Shown here: positions 20,648 through 32,948 of the stretch, piece by piece
How positions within the stretch are numbered: the first letter of the stretch is position 1
Layout of the letters: every line of letters starts with the position of its first letter
From: Aplysia californica
Taxonomy: Eukaryota
Length of the DNA: 52,391 bases
Direction of reading: 5' to 3'
NCBI RefSeq assembly: GCF_000002075.1
Contig: NW_004797540.1
Span: forward strand, 712,404-764,794
Made by a program: the position numbers and the translations under genes
Notes under the pieces: generated by a model
The model's input: only the letters and a program-made list of their open reading frames with translations
The model's database searches: none
Told to the model about the DNA's origin: nothing

Positions 20648-21265
20648 GTTGTAGCCCTGTTCAGTTATCTTGTGGTCTGCAAGTTTGGTAGACTAAGATC
20701 TATTGCCGGTTATGGTTATTTAGTCTGTGTTGTCTCATCGACGTATTTCTCCAGATGTGATATCAAAGACAGTGATTAGTGAACAACCTTTAGCCATGGG
20801 GAAAATTATTTCGAAGTTGGATACGCCAGCTTTTAATTTGCTTCGAAAATCTAATTGTTACTTCAGCCAAATGAAACTTAACCGTACAACGCAGCAGCAG
20901 CACGCACAAGCATGTAGCCTAGGCCTAGTCTATTCCAGAAACGGAAGTGACCGAGCCGTATTCTATCGGCTATCGAGTACACGCTGGATTCCGAAACAGA
21001 GCCTGATTCAACATGAGCTGCCATTGTTTACAAGCGGAGATGTATCCCAGCAACCACTTACACGAGCACCGTCCCTTTGGTCACATGATCAAAATATTTA
21101 GTCACATGACAAGGGTCAGAGGTGTGTGTTGTGTGTACTGTGTACTACGCACTACGCAGTAGCACAAGTTACTGTCATGGTGGAAGGTTGACGTCTTTGA
21201 ATGTCTTTAATCACACAAGTCTTAACCTAAGAAACGAATTAGGCTAGAGAAGATCAAGCTTCACA
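20648..21265. promoter_or_regulatory. Bidirectional promoter region between the DUF1647-like gene and PINK1
   Basis: Divergent start codons are ~620 bp apart. ETS-type CGGAAGTG at 20942-20949; M-box/CLEAR-like GTCACATGAT at 21080-21089 and GTCACATGAC at 21101-21110. Confidence 0.65.
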
Positions 21266-24200
21266 ATGGCGGTGGCCATGTGGGCCAAGTCCGCTGTTGG
21301 GACGAACTTGGCGTTTGTGAAGGGTTTCGGAAAAGCCCTGAAGAGTTGGAGAGATGTGATTCAGCAGACCGTTTTGAAAAGAGCACCTCTTCGACAGCCA
21401 AAAGTTCCGCAAGTCACTCAGCCATCTGCTAAGGAAAAATGCTTATTTCAAATACGACCAAGCGATCAGCTCAGAGCTACTGAGAGCTTACAGTCTCGTG
21501 TTTTTAGTTCACTCTTTTCGCGGACAACATCGAAATCGCTGGCCAGTGAACTTCGGCGGAGAGCTGCGTGTAGGTTGTCCTCCTCTCGGGTAGAGAATTT
21601 TCGAAATGTCCCAATATTCTCGCTGATTGGAGTGACCCTGGGTATTGATGCAGCCTCCCTCCTCAGTAGCAACACCGAAAAAGTGATGGAGGATATGCAG
21701 GTGAGGTGATAAGCTCTGTAACATGGTAATGGAACGTAATAAATTTACCGTGCTTACGATGACTCCAACTGTGCTGTTTTGTGCAGCAGTGCATTACTTA
21801 AAAAATACTAGATATCTAGTCTAGATCTAGATTCTAGATCTAATTACCTGTTCTGTATTGAAATTAAGGAACTCCTCAGACTCTACGAAAGGAGAAGCAT
21901 CCCGTGTAAAAAAAAATATTCATTAAAGTCAATATCAACAAATAAATCGTGAAAATTTTACTATTACTCCCGAACCCAATTGCAAAGAGGGCTTTACTGA
22001 TGTACTTATAGATCTAGATCTAGATCTAGATCTAGATCTTGTTCTAGATTCTAACTGCTGCTTACAAAATATTTGGCCTCGAAATGTGTTGCGGAAATGA
22101 AGTTTTCGAGATGATATGAATCCTTTGACGACCACAATGTGGCAGATACAGCGGAATGGCTTGCTTAAAAAAATAGCATGCCTCCGTGTTTGTACTGTAT
22201 AACATGCGTTTTAGGATGTGCCGGAGTAAGGAGAGGTTGGAGGGACAGATAATTCATGATGTGTTGGTTGGTGGTGGCTTTTTGAGTCCCAAGTTTCTTG
22301 TCTTCTCTCTCACACCCCCAGGGCCTGTTCTCTGGCTATGGCTGGCAGGCAGAAGCGTTAAGTCGTCCGCCGCAGAGTTTGCAAGACCTTGACATCAGCC
22401 TGGAGTCGTTGGCCTCGGGCTGTGAGGGGGCTGTTTACAAGGCCAAGGTCAAGCCTCTAGTCGTCAGCGGTGCAGGTTCGTGGTCATCATTGTTACTGTT
22501 TACATATGTATGTATTTTATTCTGTTGCAGTGAGAGAGAGAGAAAGGGAGGGAGGGAGAATGTTCAGAATGTGATCAGGGCATGCCTTTAACTGTTTGGT
22601 GTCACGCTCTTGTCATGTTTTCCAGACAACGCCCCTCACAACGAGACAGGGAGGACAGATGAAGATTTTGACCTGGCTGTCAAAGCTGTGTTCAACTACG
22701 GAGCAGCTTCAAATGCCGAAAGTCTCTTGAGAGAAATGAGGAGAGAGTACGTGCCTCTTCATATGAAGGAAAAGCCGGAGGACGACATTCTGTAGGTTCA
22801 GGTCTTTAGTATCTTCACGAAGTTTTGTTTTGTATTTTCCTGTAGGATTGGAGCATATTTCTAATTGGGATATGTGTGTGTGTGTGCTTTTGGGGGGGGG
22901 GGGCGGGGGGCACACCATTCGCCATTTTGTCATGTGTCCCAGTCACTAAATCTCTTCAAGGCTGTGTACTGTGTCCCAAATAGCCTGGCTTGGCTCAATA
23001 GTCTAGGTGGGTAGAGCGCGCCAGTAATCCCCAAATCACAGATGTCAAACTCAAGGCCTGCAGGCCGCCCTCAGCTTGGCGATCAGTTGTGTCACGATGA
23101 GGTGGAATTTGGTGCTCGGCAATTTTTGGCCATGTGGAATTATTTGTACATGTATCGTCTTAGAGCTTGTTCATTTGTCTTGCATTCTATGAAAAAAATA
23201 TCCTTCTATCTTGAATAGAAGTTGAGATATTTGCCATTGTAGGAGATGGGGTTGCCTTGTTTCAGAGGTAAAACTAGTGAGAATATGGCAGGCAAAGCTT
23301 GGTGACTTCCAAATCTTGAGATTCCTTGGAAACAATAGATTTCCCCTTTTTGTGCCTTTAATCAACGGTTTTCCTGTAAAATCCACACAGAAATGTGTTT
23401 TTAAATGGCCACAAAAGGTGTTTTGAGCAAGAAACAAAACAAAAAAAAGAAGACAAAGATTGCCTAACGAGTGGGAAAATGCTGGTTTAATTGATTTCAC
23501 AGTTTTCACGAGTGCCTGATTTCACCACGATGCCTCACAATTCTATCTGGCCTGCTAGAGAATCTCAGGTTGTCTGTCCTGGGAGATGTCTCCGTTCCTT
23601 GCTGTTTTGTTATATTTAGTGGGTCTTGTAACTGTTCTCTTGTTGTGCTCAGGAAGTGGGTGGTTGGCAGGTGCTCTGGTGTGGTTTGCTCCTTCTTTCC
23701 TATCAAACTAACATCTATCGCCCTTATCTCTCCTCCTTTCTTATGTTTGTTACTTTCTTGTGACACCTCTAATCTTCGGCACTTATATGACCTTGTTGTG
23801 TTGCAAGCGCCTTAAAATTGCTCAGGATCAATTTTTTCGAACGACGATGTCTTTTCTTCTCTCTTTCCCCCGCGCCCTCGTCTTATCTTTTTTATTTTAC
23901 TTCCCCCTGCTCCTAGAGCGGATCGTGTCGGTCGTCTGCCTCCTCACCCAAACATCGTGGACATGCCAGGAGTTTTCCAGGACGACGTTCTTGTCACGGA
24001 GGAAGGGTTGAGGAAGTTCCCGGCTGCGATGCCACGGCGACTGGACCCGGAGAATTGCTGGGGGCGGAACAAGACGCTCTATGTGGTGATGAGGAGGTAG
24101 GAGGGAACGGGATAGCACGCCTGGTGGCTGCGTCTGGACTGGTCTGCTTCTTCTACTTCTTTTCCGTCTTTTCTCTCTCTCTTGCCCTTTTTAACTCCCA

Positions 24201-27200
24201 GTGGAGCACAGGCCATCTACAACATAACTCCCAGTGGAGCACAGGCCATCTACAACATAACTCCCAGTGGAGCACAGGCCATCTACAACATAACTCCCAG
24301 TGGAGCATAGGCTATCTACAACATAACTCCCAGTGGAGCACAGGCCATCTACAACATTTCTCCAGCAGCGAAGCCTGTCCTGTGCATCCTTTTCTAGCTG
24401 TTTCCATGATGTCCCCGCCTTTTCCATTTCCGCTTGTACCGCTCACCTCCATGTCATCTTTGGTCTTCCTTTTTCTTTTCGGTGTTACTGATCTCTTAAA
24501 ACCTACTTCCTGGAGAAGTGGCTACCGTAGAATCACAAAGTTCCTATCTGACGTTTTTGGCCGTTTTGAGTGACCAATACCATGAGGTCAGAGACCGAAT
24601 GTTCTAGCTGCTCTATCAAAATCTTGTAAGATTATTCAGAGTCGTTGGCAAGATATTCACAGAATTGCATTTGAAAAAGCTTCACATGTTGTGAAACGCA
24701 AGGTCAAAGCAGCTTGCTTCCTAAATAATAATCATCATAATGATGATAAGAATGATAACCATAATAATAATAGCAATTATACTAATAATGATAATAATTA
24801 TAATAAATAGCATTTGTGTAGCGCATATCCACACTAACAGCAAGCTCTATGCGCTTTACACGATATCAATGTTGAAAATGATGTCTGATAATTATGCAGA
24901 TGATGGTATGAAATATTCTCGACAAAGCTCTTTGACTGCATTTATTGAACGCAAATGTCCTACTTGTTCTTTTGAAGTGGGACCAAAATAGTATTGTGGA
25001 TGCTGGAAGTTAATGTACTTGTAGTCAACTTTTTCTGTACAGAAATTCTTCACGCTGAATTGTCTCTGTCTGTCACTTTGAACCAGACGGAGCAGCCACC
25101 TCCGAGAGTACCTGTCCACCAACGAGGTTACCATGGAGACCCGATGTCTGCTGCTGGCACAGCTGCTGGAGGGTGTGGCGCATCTGGAGCAGCATGGGAT
25201 AGCTCACAGAGACCTCAAGGCTGACAACCTGCTGGTGGATGTACCTCGTGGTGGAGGTGAGAGTTTCCTGGGGGAGGGTGGTGTGTGGGTGTGGGAGGAG
25301 GAGGGAGGGAGGGAGGGAGGGAGGTGGAGGGGAGGATGAGAGTTTCCTGGCATCAGGCTGTGTGTGTGTGGGGTGGGGGGGAGGCTTAGCACAATCATCA
25401 TCAATGCCTCTCACCCCTGGCAAGGTATAGGCCACATACAAGCTCCTTCCATTTATCTCTGTCCTGTGCCGTCCTTCCAAGCTCGTTCAGAGTGAGCTTC
25501 ATCTATCTCTCTCATGTCCCTTTCCACACATCTCCTCCATGTTTCCCGTGGCCTACCCCTGCCTCGTGCTCCCTGTGGGTTCCTCTGCAGCGATTGTCTT
25601 GTGATGTTTCCGCTGGGCTTTCTGAAGGCGTGTCCCATCCATCGCCAGTTTCCTAGTCCTATTTCTACTTCTATATCCTTTTGTCCTGTCCTTTCCTGCA
25701 GCTCTTCATTTCTTACTCTATCCTGCCACTGAATTCTTAAGATACTCCTCATACATCTGTTGATGAAAGTCTGGACTTCATTCAGTGCTGTCTTTGGTTC
25801 AGCACAATGCAGTTTATATCATCATCATCATCCAGTGCCAGATCTGCGACATACATCGGCGATCATGATTTTCCATTCATTCCTTTGCTCGGATGCTCTC
25901 AGAAAAGCTACGTTTCCCTGATCTTTACCTGTTACCCATTTGTTTAGGTTCCCTAAGTATGTTGTTCTGGGCCTACCCCTGCCTCGCTTGCCCTCAATTT
26001 TGCCAGTGAGAGCTTGATGTTCAAGACCCTTATGTCTATTCAGGTGTCCCAAAAACTGCATTTGTCGTTTCCTGATTGTTTTATATATTGGTTGTTTTAA
26101 AACTTAATGAGTGACTCAATGCTCATGTTTGCAGGGATATGTTAAGGAAATGGCTGTTGGCATGGTGGTATAAGTAGAAGTTGTAGTTGGTTGATTTTAC
26201 TCTGGTCTTCAGTGAGGTTGCGTGTACGTCGTTTCTCGTGAATTTTCTCCTTTCTTGAAATTCTTGAGTGGCAGTTATGGTTAGTTGAGTGTGTCGGTGA
26301 TGTGGTCAGTTAGCGGAGGTGAGTGGTTGGCGGGTGCTCTGGTTTGGTTTGCTTCTTCTTTCCTATCAAACATCTATCGTCCTTATCTCTGCTCCTTCTT
26401 TTTTATGTTTGTTACTCTCTTGTAGCACCTCTAATCTTCGGCACTTATTTGACCTTATTGTGTTGCAAGTGCCGTAAAACTCTTACTGAAACTAAAAAAC
26501 TTAGTGGAGTGACCAGTGTTGTGTGTCTCGTGCCAGGCGTCCCAAAGCTGGAGATCTGCGACTTCGGCTGCTGCCTGGCAGAGGAGGACAAAGCTCTCCG
26601 CGTGGACTTTCCCTGCGTGGACGTCTACAAAGGTGGAAACTCCTGGCTCATGGCTCCGGAGGTAGGTGGCTTGAGTTGGGTCTCGTTTAGGCAACGCGTC
26701 AGCCTCGCAGTTGTGTGTTTGTTATGTACTTGAAAGATCCGAGTTTGATTCATGGGGACGTTTACCGCAAAATTCCTGTTTTTGGTGCAAAATCCCTGTT
26801 TTTTGCCTCTTGGATCTGGTGGGAAAAGAGAAGTAATTCTGAAGGGCTGATGCATCATGTCACGCTCATAACTGTGCCTGATCTTCAACAGGGAACTGCT
26901 GCTTTTTCTTTCCTGATCCTTACTGTTGTCATTTTCCTCTACTTCTTTTGTATGTTTGTCACTCTCTTGTGACCTGCTATTTTGGGGTGCCTTGATAGTC
27001 GAAGCAGACCTTGTGCTGTTGAAGCTAGAGAGGTGAGCAGAGTAAGCCTGATTCCCTGTAAAGACTTCTCTATTGACACCCACCCCTTGGCGTTCCTATG
27101 ACCTTATGCAGTTGCGAGGGCCGTAAAACCCTCTACAAAATAATATTCAAGTCGTCCATCCTTAACGTGGTCTTACCCTTACTCCAACAACCAATCAGAT

Positions 27201-29773
27201 CGCCACTGCAGTGCCGGGTCGCGGCCGCGTGTTGGACTACAGCAGGTCGGATCTGTGGGCGTGTGGGACGATCGCGTACGAGATTCTCGGGGGAGAGAAC
27301 CCATTCTACCCCAGCCAGGACGGCGTGCGTCGACAGTTGAGTACCCGGGATTACACGGAGGAGGATTTGCCGGCACTGCCAGGTGTGTGTGTGGGGATTT
27401 GTGTTTATTTGTGTGTGTGGGTGTGTATAGGTTTGTGTGCATGTGTATGTGTAGGTTTGTGTGTGTGTGTGTGTGGGGGGGGGGGGGAGAGATTGGTGTT
27501 TGTGGATGTATTGGTGTGTGTGGGTTTGTGTATGTGTGTGTGTGAGTTTGTGTATTTGTGGGTGTGTATGTGTGTGTGTGCATGTATGTATGTTCATGTG
27601 AGTGTCTGCCCTCCTGTGTTTGTGGTGTAGTGAGTATGCTGTTTACCTTACGTACAAAAGGCGTGAGTGAAATTACCCATGGGAAACTCTAATGACTATC
27701 AACGTCTGGAAAACTTACTGTGGGTGGTTGGCGGGTGCTCTGGTGTGATTTGCTTCTTCTTTCCTATCAAACATAGATCTATCGTTGTTATCTCCCCTCC
27801 TTCTTTTTTATGTTTGTTACTCTCTTTTAACACATCTAATCTTCTGGCGCTCATATGACCTTATGCAGTTGCGAGCGCCGTAAAACCTCTACTAAAACAA
27901 AAACAAAATGAAAACTTACAAGATTGCTGTTCTGTGCCATAAATGTGTTAACAATAAAATCCCCTTGTATTTAAGCAACGACTTTCAATTGTATGTTTGA
28001 TGGAGATCTCTTACGAGAAAAATGTGGGCGGACGCACCGTTATTATTATAATTACTATTACTATTATTATTATGATGATGATTATTATTAATATTACTTT
28101 CTTCTTCTTCTTCTTCTTATTATATCATGATTAATTTTAGTATTATTATGATTATTTATATTTTTATTATTATTATCATGATGATGATGATGATGATTAT
28201 TATGTTATTATTATCATTATTATTTTATAACCCAATGGTCCATATGCTATGTTGTTGCAGCGTGTGTGCCGGAGGCGGTGCAGAGTCTGGTGTTTGCCCT
28301 GCTGGCCCGCGACCCACGGGAGGTGAGTGGGGAGACAGACTTAGCGCTGGTTCTTTTGGTTTTACGTCTGTGTTTTACGTCCGTGTTTTACGTCTGTGTT
28401 TTATGTCCGTGTTTTATGTCCGTGTTTTAGGTCAGTGTTTTATGTCCGTGTTTTATGTCCGTGTTTTACGTCTGTGTTTTATGTCCGTGTTTTATGTCTG
28501 TGTTTTATGTCCGTGTTTTATGTCTGTGTTTTAGGTCTGTGTTTTATGTCAGTTTTTTAGGTCAGTTTTACGGCGCTCAGAGACTCCCGCGAGGTGAGTG
28601 GGGAGACAAACTTAGCGCTGATTCTTTTTTTGTTCTGTCAGTGTTTTACGTTATTATTTTACAGTGGTCAGAGAGCCCCGGGAGGTGAATGGATTCTTTT
28701 GAATACTAATTCTTTTTGGTTTTTGCATCTCTCAACTCATATGAGAAAAGCCCACTGCCATTTGCGACTTTTTTCTTCTTTAAAAAAAAAAGTGATATGG
28801 GGGGGGGGGGGGGGGGGTTGATAGTTTTATTGGGGTTCCTTGTATATATAGGATGTTTCCTTATATTTTTTTGTCCGTCTGTAAGATTCTCTTGGTTTGA
28901 TTTGTTTTCAAAATCCAGTAATAACTGAGGAATCGATGAGGTTGTTTTCTTTTTTTCCGACATTGAAGACGTGAACATGGCATTATGGTTTTATAATAAC
29001 GCTTGTACGAAAAACAACAACAGGAATGTTAATATATAGACTGTCATGGTTATAGGTTCTAGCGAGAGTTTTTGTGGCGTAGTAGTTGTTGGCTGGTCTG
29101 CGTAATGGCAGCCTTTATATGGACGAGGGCTGTAGTTGTGGGTGGTTAGCAGGTGCCCTGGTGTGGTTTGCTCCTTTTTTCCTGTAAAAAAATCTGTCGT
29201 CTCTATCTCCCCTCCTTCTTTTTTATGTTTGTTACTCTCTTGTAACACCTCTAATCCTCGGCACTTATGTGACCTTATTGTGTTGCAAGTGCTGTAAATC
29301 TCTTATAAAAAGAACTTTAGTGACCTCTCTCCTCCTTCCTTCCTCCCCCCCTCTCTCTCCCCCTCCTCATCCTTCTCCTCCTCCCCCTCCCGTAGCGCCC
29401 CAGTCCCAGTGTCGCTGCCGCTGTTGTACAGATGGTCGTCCTGGCGTCGAGTCCCGCCAACGTGTCTGTCCCCAAAGCTTGCCGACCTCGTAGACAACCG
29501 CCAACCACCCATCCCCGCGGACACTGTGCCGGGCGCGAGCGGGGACGTGGGTACGGGAGGGGCGGTCCTGGCGAGGTCCCGCGTGCGGTGTTGGCGGCAC
29601 GGCAGGAGAGGGACCGGCTCCAGTGGGTTCTGGTTCAAAGCCTGGCCCTGCTGTGTCAGCTGACGTTTGGCCGAGACCGAGCCGAGGTGTGGGACGTGCC
29701 GGCCGTCATGAGGTTCCTCTTCCTGTCCCGCCTGACGCACGCAGACTTCAGACAGGCCCTGGCCTTCTTCTGA
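21266..29773 (+). CDS. PINK1: PTEN-induced kinase 1 (mitochondrial Ser/Thr kinase), 9 exons, ~617 aa
   Basis: Exons 21266-21700, 22322-22475, 22626-22791, 23917-24096, 25087-25256, 26537-26661, 27199-27382, 28261-28322, 29396-29773, phases consistent, 1854 nt. Basic MTS-like N-terminus, then LASELRRRAA, SGCEGAVY, LAVKAVFNY..SNAESLLREM, LPPHPNIV, PRRLDP..GRNKTLYVVM, HRDLKADN, DFGCCLA, GGN..LMAPE, DYSRSDLW and ENPFY. These are PINK1 hallmarks. Confidence 0.95.
23657..23817 (+). mobile_element. SINE-like family A copy
   Basis: Full length; TSD TGCTCAGGA. Confidence 0.88.
24190..24500 (-). mobile_element. RTE-type LINE 3' fragment whose last 33 bp are repeated 5 times
   Basis: Minus-strand WKQLEKDAQDR..WRNVVDGLCSTGS; unit AACTCCCAGTGGAGCACAGGCCATCTACAACAT x5 at ~24192-24356. 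Confidence 0.8.
25410..25790 (-). mobile_element. RTE-type LINE 3' fragment
   Basis: ILRIQWQDRVRNEEL..WRWMGH..WNP-like QRNPQGARGRGRPRETWRR. Confidence 0.85.
25818..26085 (-). mobile_element. RTE-type LINE 3' fragment with (TGA)n tail
   Basis: FLGHLNRHKGLE..GKIEGKRGRGRPRTTY, followed by TGATGATGA on the minus strand. Confidence 0.85.
26322..26500 (+). mobile_element. SINE-like family A copy
   Basis: Full length; TSD TTAGCGGAG/TTAGTGGAG. Confidence 0.88.
26890..27140 (+). mobile_element. Retroposon family B copy
   Basis: Matches 13388-13652; type B tail. Confidence 0.8.
27720..27905 (+). mobile_element. SINE-like family A copy, type B tail
   Basis: TSD GAAAACTTAC on both sides. Confidence 0.88.
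28359..28572. repeat. 13-bp tandem repeat, ~16 copies
   Basis: Unit GTTTTA(C/T)GTC(C/T)GT in PINK1 intron 8. Confidence 0.9.
29139..29312 (+). mobile_element. SINE-like family A copy
   Basis: Full-length match to the family. Confidence 0.85.
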
Positions 29774-30009
29774 ATCGGAGCGCTTTGCTGCCGTGTTGGA
29801 TGGCAGTGGCAGACGGCGAGGACTTGCCAGGACCGCCATAGATCCGACCGGATCTAGACCTCGGTGCTTTTTTGTCCCATTCTCCACTACTTTTAAACAG
29901 TGAAAACAGTTCATAACGAAGAGTGAGCTTAAGAAGAAGTCAGTTTTCAATGTGTAAAAAAAAAAATGGAGATACGCCGACAAGAAAGCACTGAGGTCAA
30001 GGGATGTGT

Positions 30010-30090
30010 AGATTATGAAGCGCATGGAGCTTGCTGTTGAGCAGGGATTTGCGCTATATAAATGCTATCTATTATTATTATTATTATTAC
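30010..30090 (+). mobile_element. 3' end of an L2-like-tailed SINE
   Basis: AAGCGCATGGAGCTTG..GCGCTATATAAATGCTA(TTA)n. Antisense relatives at ~6278-6365, ~12815-12882 and ~24790-24865. Confidence 0.6.
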
Positions 30091-31335
30091 TATGTAGGCC
30101 TAAAGCAACTCTCAGAATGTAATCTATCAAAGTTCTGGATGAGTAGATGGTAGCCACACGTTGCTTTTACTTGATTGCTGTGTTGTTTCTCCCAAACTTC
30201 TAAATAGCCCCAGTGCTAGAGAACCTGATTGTTGCACCAAGTGATTTATGCATCTTTACGTTTTAAGATAAGATAAGATAATACTTTATCCCAGAAGGAA
30301 ATTTTTCTTGGCTGTACAGGACCGTAAAAACACATGCAGATATACATAAAAAATGTAGATGATATATAATTGCTCTCGTTAAAATTCTCTATGAAAATGA
30401 AAAGAGAAGTAAAGCTGACAAAATGTTATTACATGATGTCGCATCAGATGCATCATTCAACCACATGCTGGAATTTAATGACAAGACCTTTGGAGTTATA
30501 TAGATACATACTCTAAAGAGCAATACACATTCTTATTCTGACAATAGCCTTATGCCAGATGGTAAAAAGCTTCTTTCATATCTTTCTTTGTTTTTGGAGG
30601 TACATATATGCCGCTGCGTGATCTTACAATTTGCGTGGAAAGGGGTTTTGATGGGTCGTTTATAATGCTTGTAGAACTTGACTCCAACATGCTTTGCATT
30701 TAGCACGTTAGAAAGTTGTGACACACTTTCAGAAGGTCTGGAACCTGTTGCTCCTGAATCAATACTGGTGTACAACTGTACGTTTTTATTTAGTTGTTTT
30801 CCGTTACTGTTGTTCAAAGTAATCTAGATACTAAGAGGACATGATGGGTGGTTGCTTTAATAAGGTTTAACGGCGCTCGCAACCGCATAAGGTCATATGA
30901 GTGCCAAGAACATGTCCCAAAAAAATTTAAACATAAAATTGATAAAATATTTATATTTATATCCTGTCTAAAGAGAAAAGCGTTTGGAAAAGGTTGCTTG
31001 GGTGGAATAAATACCCAATCGTGTATCTTTGATTTATATGTTATACTTTTAATTTTTGCTGATCTGAGATAGAAGCCTCTTTTGTGCAGACATGTCACAT
31101 TATTTGTTTTCTTTGTTTCTTTTATGGCAAGAAATGTGCTCCAGAAAGCTGCTCTTGATGATGAATAAATTATTCTGTGGATACAAACATACCAGCATGG
31201 CAACTTTTCTGTGACATCATGCTTCCTCTACGGAGTTTTTTAAAAAGTTTTTTCAAGCGACTTTTTCCTTTGTTGTTGGTTTCATCTCCTCTAATGTTTG
31301 ACGAGGGGGCTCTCGTGGCCTAGATCTCCTCTAAT

Positions 31336-31500
31336 GCTCTGGTGTGGTTTGCTTCTTCTTTCCTATCAAATATCTGTCGTCCTTATCTCCCCTTCTTCTT
31401 TTTTGTGTTTGTTACTCTCTTGTAACACCTCTAATCTTCTGGCGCTCATATGACCATGCAGTTGCGAGCGCCGTAAAACCTCTACTAAAACAAACAAACA
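31336..31500 (+). mobile_element. 5'-truncated family A copy, type B tail
   Basis: TGCTCTGGTGTGGTTTGC..GGCGCTCATATGACC..GCGAGCGCCGTAAAACC, then an (AAAC)n tail. Confidence 0.85.
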
Positions 31501-32349
31501 AAATTTGTTACACTGTCTTTCAATTTGATTTTTATCTGTTTGATATACATGAGATAAAAAAGAAAGATGTGCACTGCAGTAGTTAGCATACTCTTCTTCT
31601 CCGTTTTTCTTGAAAGTACTTTTGGAAAGCCTTTGTGTTTTATCAGATGAGAAAGTCTTTCCAAAAAAGTAGTTGCGCGTTGCCCCTTCTTATGATTTAT
31701 ACACATTTCGATGCCTCAGAAGTCACATTTTCACTGTTTAAAAAAATGGAAATACGACAAAAAAGCAATGAGGTCCCGATTTGTTGTGGAAAATTTTAGA
31801 ATTCCGTCCCAAGAGTATTCTCCTCCGAGACTTCGGCCCCAGAACTTTCTTTGATCGGACTGGTCTGATTGTCGAACTGGTCTGGTACCCCGCACGGCCG
31901 TACAGCTCACCATTTTCGTCAAAATCTTTGAGGAGGGTTCTCTTCTGGACATGATTCTACAGTGTTATGTCGGGACTTAGAGTGGGCAGGACATGATTCT
32001 GCAGCATTATGTTGGGACGGGGAATGGGCAGGACATGAAGGGGACATTGGCTGTGAACCTGTCGCGTTTTTCAGAAAACAGAAAGTGAAGGAGATTGTCA
32101 CTGTTCTGTCGAGTTTTTTCTGAATACAAAAAGAGATTGTCACTTTGCCCGACAGCTGAATTTGTACATTTGATAAACTAGATGTTGTAGGTGTGAAATA
32201 AGCTGAGTAGTCTCCCTCAAAGCAACTGAATGTGTTGCACCCATCTTGTGCTTTAAAAAAAAATTAAAGTCGAGTTTCTTTCAGAGGAAGTTGCAGTTTA
32301 TGTTTTGTTTCTTGTCAATTCAGACTGTATGTTACTATAAGACAGATGT

Positions 32350-32535
32350 GTGGGTGGTTGGCGGATGCTCTGGTGTGGTTTGCTCCTTCTTTCCTATCAA
32401 ACATCTATCGTCTTTATCTCCCCTCCTCCTTTTTGTGTGTTTGTTACTCTCCTCTTGTAACACCTCTAATCTTCGGCACTTATGTATAATGACCTTATTG
32501 TGTTTCAAGTGCTGTAAAACTCTTATTATTAAAGT
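32350..32535 (+). mobile_element. SINE-like family A copy with an unusually long TSD
   Basis: Flanks AGACTGTATGTTACTATAAGACAGA and AGACAGTATGTTACTAAAAGACAGA. Confidence 0.85.
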
Positions 32536-32948
32536 TAAAAAGTTAAAGACAGTATGTTACTAAAAGACAGACGTGACACCTACCGTTTCTGAAGGATGTC
32601 AAAAGCTGCTCACCGTTTGTCTGTCTGACGTTCTGTCCCCGTGGTTTAAAAAAAATAATTATGCAAACTGAGCCCAAAAATGTGAAATTATGCGATTCTG
32701 TTAATTATAACAAAGAATGATAAAGGAAAATTATAAGAAATTATGCAAAAAAATGATGGAATGCTGGGTGGTGTGTTGGTAATCGCATGAGGTGTTCGAA
32801 CCATCGTGGGGACATAAACCCCAATAACAACTTTTTGACACTCCACATGCAGGCTAGAACCTCGGCTCACTGTCGTTTCTCCTCTCCAATAAACGCAAGA
32901 TAGATCTATGATGACAATGTCGTAGAACGAAATCTGTCAACCAGAGAG

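Noticed and set aside
27383-27630. Cys/Val-rich and His/Thr-rich ORFs
   Set aside because: Translations of a degenerate (GT)n microsatellite in a PINK1 intron.
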